Below, in pieces: positions 17,041 to 21,766 of a stretch of DNA of 21,766 bases. The number at the start of each line of letters is the position of its first letter. Position 1 is the first letter of the stretch. Location: positions 1 to 21,766 of the forward strand of contig JANNXQ010000267.1 of the NCBI GenBank assembly GCA_031409655.1. Reading direction: 5' to 3'. The notes under the pieces were generated by a model that had not been told where the DNA came from, did not search any database, and was given only the letters and a program-made list of their open reading frames with translations. This DNA is from Chthoniobacteraceae bacterium (lineage in GTDB: Bacteria; Verrucomicrobiota; Verrucomicrobiia; Chthoniobacterales; Chthoniobacteraceae). A program made the translations under genes and the position numbers.

Positions 17041-17204
17041 CGGACCGTCGTCCTCGGGGTTCGGCAAGCCAAGTGATCCAGCGCCGCGCGGCTTGGGAGG
17101 CGGAGGGGGCGCTCGGGAGCGATTCGATCAGGCTCTTGTTCCGGCTCGCTTTTTCCCCCGAGGAGTTCGCGGCGAGCGTGCTGGCGCGATCTCCAGCGCG
17201 ATGC

Positions 17205-17444
17205 TCAGGCCGCCACTTCGACCTCGCGCATCGGGCGCGTCCTGGGCGGAGGTAGCTTCAAGCCGTTCGCCTTGGCGGTGGCTACCGTGTCTTCCACGAT
17301 TTCGCAGAGGCGTTTGAAGGCCTCGACGGCCGTGGCGCCATGGCAGACGCCGCCCGCGGGAAAGCGATCGGGGCAATAACCAACATAAGCGCGGTCCGAC
17401 TTACTCCATTGAACGAAGGAGAGATAGCGATCGGGAGTCTTCAT
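17205..17444 (-). CDS. hicB: Short HicB-family antitoxin (79 aa, no DNA-binding tail)
   Basis: DRYLSFVQWSKSDRAYVGYCPD...CHGAT..EAFKRLCEIVE...GLKLPPP. ATG overlaps the TGA of the upstream hicA (ATGA). Confidence 0.85.
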   Translation of the reverse strand: MKTPDRYLSFVQWSKSDRAYVGYCPDRFPAGGVCHGATAVEAFKRLCEIVEDTVATAKANGLKLPPPRTRPMREVEVAA

Positions 17445-17641
17445 GAACGGATCTTTTTCACGGCGTTTTTGACCTATTTTTCCTGGTAACGCTGGGCGTT
17501 GTCTCTGTCCTGACCGGAGATGAGCACGTAGCCGGGAAATCTGGCGTGGATGAATTTTCGATGACTGCCCTTGCTGCCAAACACGCGCTAAAATCCGGCC
17601 TTTTCCAAATCGGAGACGAGCTGGCGAAACTTGCGGGGCAC
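17441..17641 (-). pseudogene. hicA: HicA-family toxin pseudogene with two in-frame TAG stops
   Basis: From GTG 17641: MPRKFRQLVSDLEKAGF*RVFGSKGSHRKFIHARFPGYVLISGQDRDNAQRYQEK*VKNAVKKIRS*. The KGSH motif is intact; TAG at 17590-17588 and 17476-17474. Confidence 0.9.
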
Positions 17642-17721
17642 ATGGGGGAGAGTGTCACGCTAGTGGCGGAATTGCCAACTGTTCGTCGCGCCGTTCTGGT
17701 CTGGAACACATCCACCGCAGC

Positions 17722-17755
17722 AAAGAAAAACCGCGCCCCCTTGCGGAGGCGCGGC
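17722..17755 (-). terminator. Rho-independent terminator of rpsA-grx
   Basis: Minus strand GCCGCGCCTCC-GCAA-GGGGGCGCGGT-TTTTCTTT. Confidence 0.85.
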
Positions 17756-17795
17756 TTCTCTGGGTCGCGATCCGGAGATCGCGAGATTCTTTAGC

Positions 17796-18146
17796 CTAGG
17801 ACTGGAACTTCACGGGCGCGCCGGCTTGCATGGCGGCGTGCTCGGCGTCCGAGCAGGAGCGGTCGAGGGGCACATTGGTGGTCTTGTCGGTGTTGCCGAC
17901 GAGGCCCTGGCCGAGCATCCAATGCTCGAGTTCCTCGCCACTGATGTCGGGGAGCATGGTGCCGTTGACTTCGACGCAGGGACTGAGCTGCTGCCCGGTC
18001 TTCTGTTCCATTTCCCAGCGGAAGGCGGGGTTCTTGATGATGTCCTTCTCTTCGTAGGGAAGGTCGTATTTGGCCAGGACGGCACGGATGCCATTGCTCC
18101 AGCCACATTGGGTTTTAACCCAGGCGGTGATTTGTGGTTTTTCCAT
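17796..18146 (-). CDS. Monothiol glutaredoxin-like protein (CGWS)
   Basis: K.QCGWS active site, YEEKDI, TGQQLSPCVEVNG cis-Pro loop. Starts 3 nt after the rpsA stop. Confidence 0.88.
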   Translation of the reverse strand: MEKPQITAWVKTQCGWSNGIRAVLAKYDLPYEEKDIIKNPAFRWEMEQKTGQQLSPCVEVNGTMLPDISGEELEHWMLGQGLVGNTDKTTNVPLDRSCSDAEHAAMQAGAPVKFQS

Positions 18147-18149
18147 AGG

Positions 18150-19844
18150 TTACTTTTTCTTGCTGTCGCCGGGGCGGTATTCCTCGGCGGCGGCGGCGAA
18201 GGCTTGTTCGAGGCCGACCATGTCTTCACCTGGCTTGAGGCTGTCGAAGGCAGCGGCTTCGCGCTTGATGTCTTCTTCGTTGTAGTTCGCGGCTTTCACG
18301 GAGAGACCGATGCGGCGTTCGGTCTTATCGACCTTGATGACGCGGGCTTCGATCTCCTGGCCGATCTTCAGATGATCCTTGATCTTGTCGATCCGGTCTT
18401 CGCTGATCTGCGAGATGTGGACGAGGCCGTCGATGTCGCCATCGAGGCTGATGAAGGCGCCGAAGGTGGCGATTTTCGAGACCTTGCCTTTGACGAGGTC
18501 GCCGATCTTGTAACGCGCGTCGATGGCTTTCCAGGGATCTTCGTCGAGCTGCTTCATGCCGAGGCTGATCCGCTGGTTCTGCTTGTCGATGTCGATGACG
18601 ACGGCTTCGAGTTCGTCGCCCTTTTTCAGCATCTCGGAAGGATGATTGATCTTCCGGGTCCAACTCATGTCGGAGACGTGGATCATGCCGTCGATGCCTT
18701 CTTCGAGTTCCACGAAGGCGCCGTAGGCGGTCATATTGCGGACGGTGCCCTTGACCTGCTTGCCGATGGCATAGCGGTGTTCGATTTCGTCCCAAGGATT
18801 CGGCTCGAGCTGGCGGACGCCGAGGCTGATCTTCTGCTCGTCTTTATTGACGCCGAGCACGACGGCTTCGACTTCCTGGCCGATGGTGAGCACGTCGCTC
18901 GGGCGGGTGATGCGCTTGGTCCAGGAGAGTTCGGAGACGTGGATGAGGCCTTCGACTCCTTCTTCGATTTCGACGAAAGCGCCGTAAGGAACGAGGTTCG
19001 TGATCTTGCCTTTGACCTTGGTGCCGATCGGGAAACGGCCTTCGGTTTCTTCCCAGGGATTCTTCTGGGTCTGCTTGAGGCCGAGGGAGACGCGTTCCTT
19101 TTCCTTGTTGATGTCGAGCACCTGGACGGTGACTTCCTGGCCGACTTTGAGGAGTTCGCTGGGGTGGCCGAGGCGGCCCCAGGTCATGTCGGTGATGTGG
19201 AGCAGCCCGTCCATGCCGTCGAGGTCGATGAAGGCCCCGAAGTCGGTGAGGTTCTTGACCGTGCCGGTGACGGTGGCGCCGATGGCGATGGTATCTAGGA
19301 AGCGCGAACGTTTGTCCGAACGCTCCTGCTCGATGAGTTCGCGGCGGCTGAGGACCACGTTCTTCCGGTCGTCGTTGATTTTGACGATCTTGAAGTCGTA
19401 GGTGTTGCCGACGAACTGCTGGAGATCTTTCGGGGGGACGATGTCGATCTGGCTGCCGGGGAGGAAGGCCTCGACGCCGATATTGACCATGAGGCCGCCT
19501 TTGACGACGGCCTTGACCTTGCCCTTGATGATGCCGCCGGCCTCGAAGACCTTGGCGATCTTCTCCCAGTTCTGCCGGTAGGCGGCTTTTTCCTTGGAGA
19601 GGATGACGGTGCCCTCGTCGTTTTCGAGACGGACGAGGAGGACTTCGACTTCGTCGCCGACCTGAAGGTCGTCGATGTCGTCAAATTCGCTGTTAGAGAT
19701 GGAGCCCTCGGATTTGTAGCCGATATCGACTAGGACTTCGCGGGGACGGAGTTCGAGGATGCGACCTTTTACGATGCTGCCCTCTTTGAAATCGCGAAGA
19801 GATTTCGCGATCAATTCCTGCATTTCAATCATGGATGTACTCAT
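18150..19844 (-). CDS. rpsA: 30S ribosomal protein S1
   Basis: Six S1 repeats: VDIGYKSEG, AFLPGSQID, TDFGAFIDL.GMDGLLHITDM, YGAFVEIEEGVEGLIHVSELSW, etc.; strongly biased codon usage. Confidence 0.98.
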   Translation of the reverse strand: MSTSMIEMQELIAKSLRDFKEGSIVKGRILELRPREVLVDIGYKSEGSISNSEFDDIDDLQVGDEVEVLLVRLENDEGTVILSKEKAAYRQNWEKIAKVFEAGGIIKGKVKAVVKGGLMVNIGVEAFLPGSQIDIVPPKDLQQFVGNTYDFKIVKINDDRKNVVLSRRELIEQERSDKRSRFLDTIAIGATVTGTVKNLTDFGAFIDLDGMDGLLHITDMTWGRLGHPSELLKVGQEVTVQVLDINKEKERVSLGLKQTQKNPWEETEGRFPIGTKVKGKITNLVPYGAFVEIEEGVEGLIHVSELSWTKRITRPSDVLTIGQEVEAVVLGVNKDEQKISLGVRQLEPNPWDEIEHRYAIGKQVKGTVRNMTAYGAFVELEEGIDGMIHVSDMSWTRKINHPSEMLKKGDELEAVVIDIDKQNQRISLGMKQLDEDPWKAIDARYKIGDLVKGKVSKIATFGAFISLDGDIDGLVHISQISEDRIDKIKDHLKIGQEIEARVIKVDKTERRIGLSVKAANYNEEDIKREAAAFDSLKPGEDMVGLEQAFAAAAEEYRPGDSKKK

Positions 19845-19892
19845 AAGCTGACCACGGGTTTCCTTTGGTGCCTTTCACCTCCGGACGCGCCG

Positions 19893-21074
19893 TCATGGCG
19901 AGCCAGTAACGGGGGAAAGGGGAGGGGAAGCTAGCCAAGCGGGCCGGGATGGCAAGGCCCGTTTTTTCTCTCCCGTGCAGCCGTGCCGCCGGCTCGATCC
20001 GGACGGAGTGGCGGGGCGCGGCCGGCACGCGTGGAGGGCGGCATTTAGCTCTTGGCGCGAGACGGGTTTCGCGAGGATCTGGTCCACGCCGGGCGTGATC
20101 TCCGCATCCGCCTGCATACTCCGCCCCCATCCGGTCAGGAGGATCACTGGAGTGCTCGCGGAGGCGAGCTTCACGGCTGCCGCCACTTTGCGACCATCCA
20201 CATGCGGCATGCCGAGGTCGGTGAAGACCGCGTCGAAGGGATCGCCGCTTTCCAGGGCTTCGCGGAAGGCGGCAATCGCGGCCTGACCGCCAATCGCGCA
20301 TTGCGCCCGGTGGCCCTCGCTCTCCAGAGCGACGCGGATGGCCCGGAGGATGATCGCGTCGTCGTCGGCGACGAGGATTCTCATCGGCGGCACCTTGCGG
20401 GAGACCGTGGTCCTGAGCGCTGGTGCGGCTGGCTCCAGGGAGGGAGGAAAGGTGATGCGCACAAGGGTGCCGACGCCCGGGGCGCTGGCCACGGCGATCT
20501 CCGTGCCGTGGCGCTGGACGATGCTGGCGACGGTCGAGAGGCCGAGTCCCGTGCCCCGTTCGCCCTTGGTGGTGTAGAAGGGTTCGAGGCAGCGGCGGCG
20601 CGCCTCTTCATTCATGCCGACGCCGGTGTCCGCGATTTCAAGGCAGATGCGGGGAGGATCGGTGGGCGTGAGGCGGGTGGACCGCGCGCGCAGGGTGAGG
20701 GTGCCGCCCGCCGGCATCGCATCCACGGCGTTGAAGATGAGATTGATGACGGCTTCGCGGAGTTCGCCCTCGATGACGGAAAGCGGGGGCAGTCCCGGCT
20801 CCAACTCGGTCTGCAGATCGATGACGGCGCCGCGCTCCTGCGCCATATCAAACCAGCGGGCGCGGGTGAGTGCGGCGACCTCCTCGAGGAGGGCGACCGG
20901 GGGAATGGGCTTGAAGCGTTTCGGGTCGGGTTCGTCTTTGTAGAATCTCCGCAGGCGCGAGACGGTATCGCCCACGGCGCGGGCGGCCTGCTGGATGATC
21001 TCGAGGTACTCGCGGGCCGTCGGCGAGAGGGTGGCGTCGGTCTTGAGCAGGACTTTATTGTAGATCGAGACGGG
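19893..21074 (-). pseudogene. Hybrid histidine kinase (HATPase_c + REC), 5'-truncated, H-box missing
   Basis: N-box LREAVINLIFNAVDAM, G1 DTGVGM, F-box EPFYTTK, G2 GTGLGL and REC (ILVADDD, FTDLGMP, LAKP) are present. Kinase-like sequence starts at PVSIY in mid-HisKA; the upstream frame has no His, no sensor domain and atypical codons. Confidence 0.75.
19928..19955 (-). promoter_or_regulatory. Putative sigma70 promoter of rpsA
   Basis: Minus strand TTGCCA, 16-nt spacer, TAGCTT, preceded by an A-tract, about 85 nt upstream of the rpsA ATG. Confidence 0.5.
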
Positions 21075-21283
21075 GAAGCCCAAACACCTCTGATCCTCCC
21101 TCTGCGCATTGGTCGAAGGTCCGCTGAGCAGTGCCCTAAAAATGGAACTGCGCTTTACGAGCCGAGCCACGCCGATCTGAGACTTCGAAAATCCAGAAGG
21201 CCAGGTTCCGCGATTTAGGCGGCCCTCCCCGCAAACGCCGCCTGTGCAAAGCTCGCCGCGGCTGAAGCTTCAACCACCGTCTG

Positions 21284-21766
21284 CTACTGGAGCAGTCGGA
21301 GCACCGACTGCGGGAGCTGATTGGCCTGGGCCAGCATGGCAGTGCCGGATTGCACGAGGATATTATGTTTCGCCAGTTGGGTGCTCTCGACGGCGACGTC
21401 CACATCGCGGATCCGGGAGATGGCGGCCTCGATGTTCTGCGCTTCGATGGCCAGAGTGACGGAGGCGACGTCGAGTCGCGATTCGGCCGCGCCAAGAGTG
21501 GCCCGTTCGGTGGCCACGTCTTCGATCGCGGCGATGACGAGATCGGCCACCGCGGCAGAGGTCACACTGATGTCGTAGGCTGGCGGTGAGCCTTGGGCGA
21601 GGATGGCAGCCATATCGCCGTCCTGAAGGTTATTCTCCGCGATGGTCATCGTTTGCCCGGCGGCTTCACCAATGGTGACCGAGAGGCCGGCAGCGTTCGG
21701 GCCGAAGAGGACGATTCCATTGAAAGTGCCGAGCGGTGATGTGACCGAGCCACCGCCGACGGTGTC
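21284..21766 (-). CDS. fliC: Flagellin, 3' part (5' end outside window)
   Basis: Open from the window end: DTVGGGSVTSPLGTFNGIVLFG...AIEDVATERATLGAAESRL...NIEAAISRIRDVDVAVE...ILVQSGTAMLAQANQLPQSVLRLLQ*. Confidence 0.96.
   Translation of the reverse strand, partial: DTVGGGSVTSPLGTFNGIVLFGPNAAGLSVTIGEAAGQTMTIAENNLQDGDMAAILAQGSPPAYDISVTSAAVADLVIAAIEDVATERATLGAAESRLDVASVTLAIEAQNIEAAISRIRDVDVAVESTQLAKHNILVQSGTAMLAQANQLPQSVLRLLQ

Noticed and set aside
17441..17641. Amber (TAG) recoding or alternative genetic code to explain the hicA stops
   Set aside because: TAG is a normal stop elsewhere in the window (FlgN-like gene at 2650-2652, glutaredoxin, right-hand flagellin), and hicA shows other signs of decay.
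17826..19298. 490-aa plus-strand ORF, and similar long ORFs at 11540-13138, 20052-21218 and 1145-2161
   Set aside because: Antisense shadows of strongly codon-biased real genes in high-GC DNA; no recognisable motifs.

Overview
High-GC bacterial window, probably Verrucomicrobiota (inferred from the S1 and glutaredoxin sequences and gene content). It is bounded at both ends by convergent, diverged flagellin 3' ends. From left to right: (1) a sigma54-type flagellar-associated operon (Pro-rich exported protein, TPR protein, FlgN-like protein, sigma54 response regulator) plus a convergent HDOD gene with its own -24/-12 promoter; (2) a minus-strand GntR-controlled sugar-acid catabolic operon (FG-GAP protein, ribulokinase-like kinase, MFS transporter, DHDPS/NanA-family aldolase, BNR sialidase-fold hydrolase); (3) bioA; (4) a 2.2-kb decaying toxin-antitoxin patch (intact MazEF-like pair, hicA killed by two amber stops with intact hicB, a second 5'-truncated hicB between two ~130-bp direct repeats, and a possible primase remnant); (5) rpsA-glutaredoxin; (6) a 5'-truncated hybrid histidine kinase. 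The most striking feature is inside the sugar operon: a stand-alone 'polyvalent-protein'-type kinase gene whose 5' end fully contains a second 60-codon ORF in another frame. That ORF has native codon bias and its own sigma70-like promoter positioned to give a leaderless mRNA that omits the kinase start codon. This is a candidate dual-coded kinase toxin/antitoxin or frameshift-controlled module.
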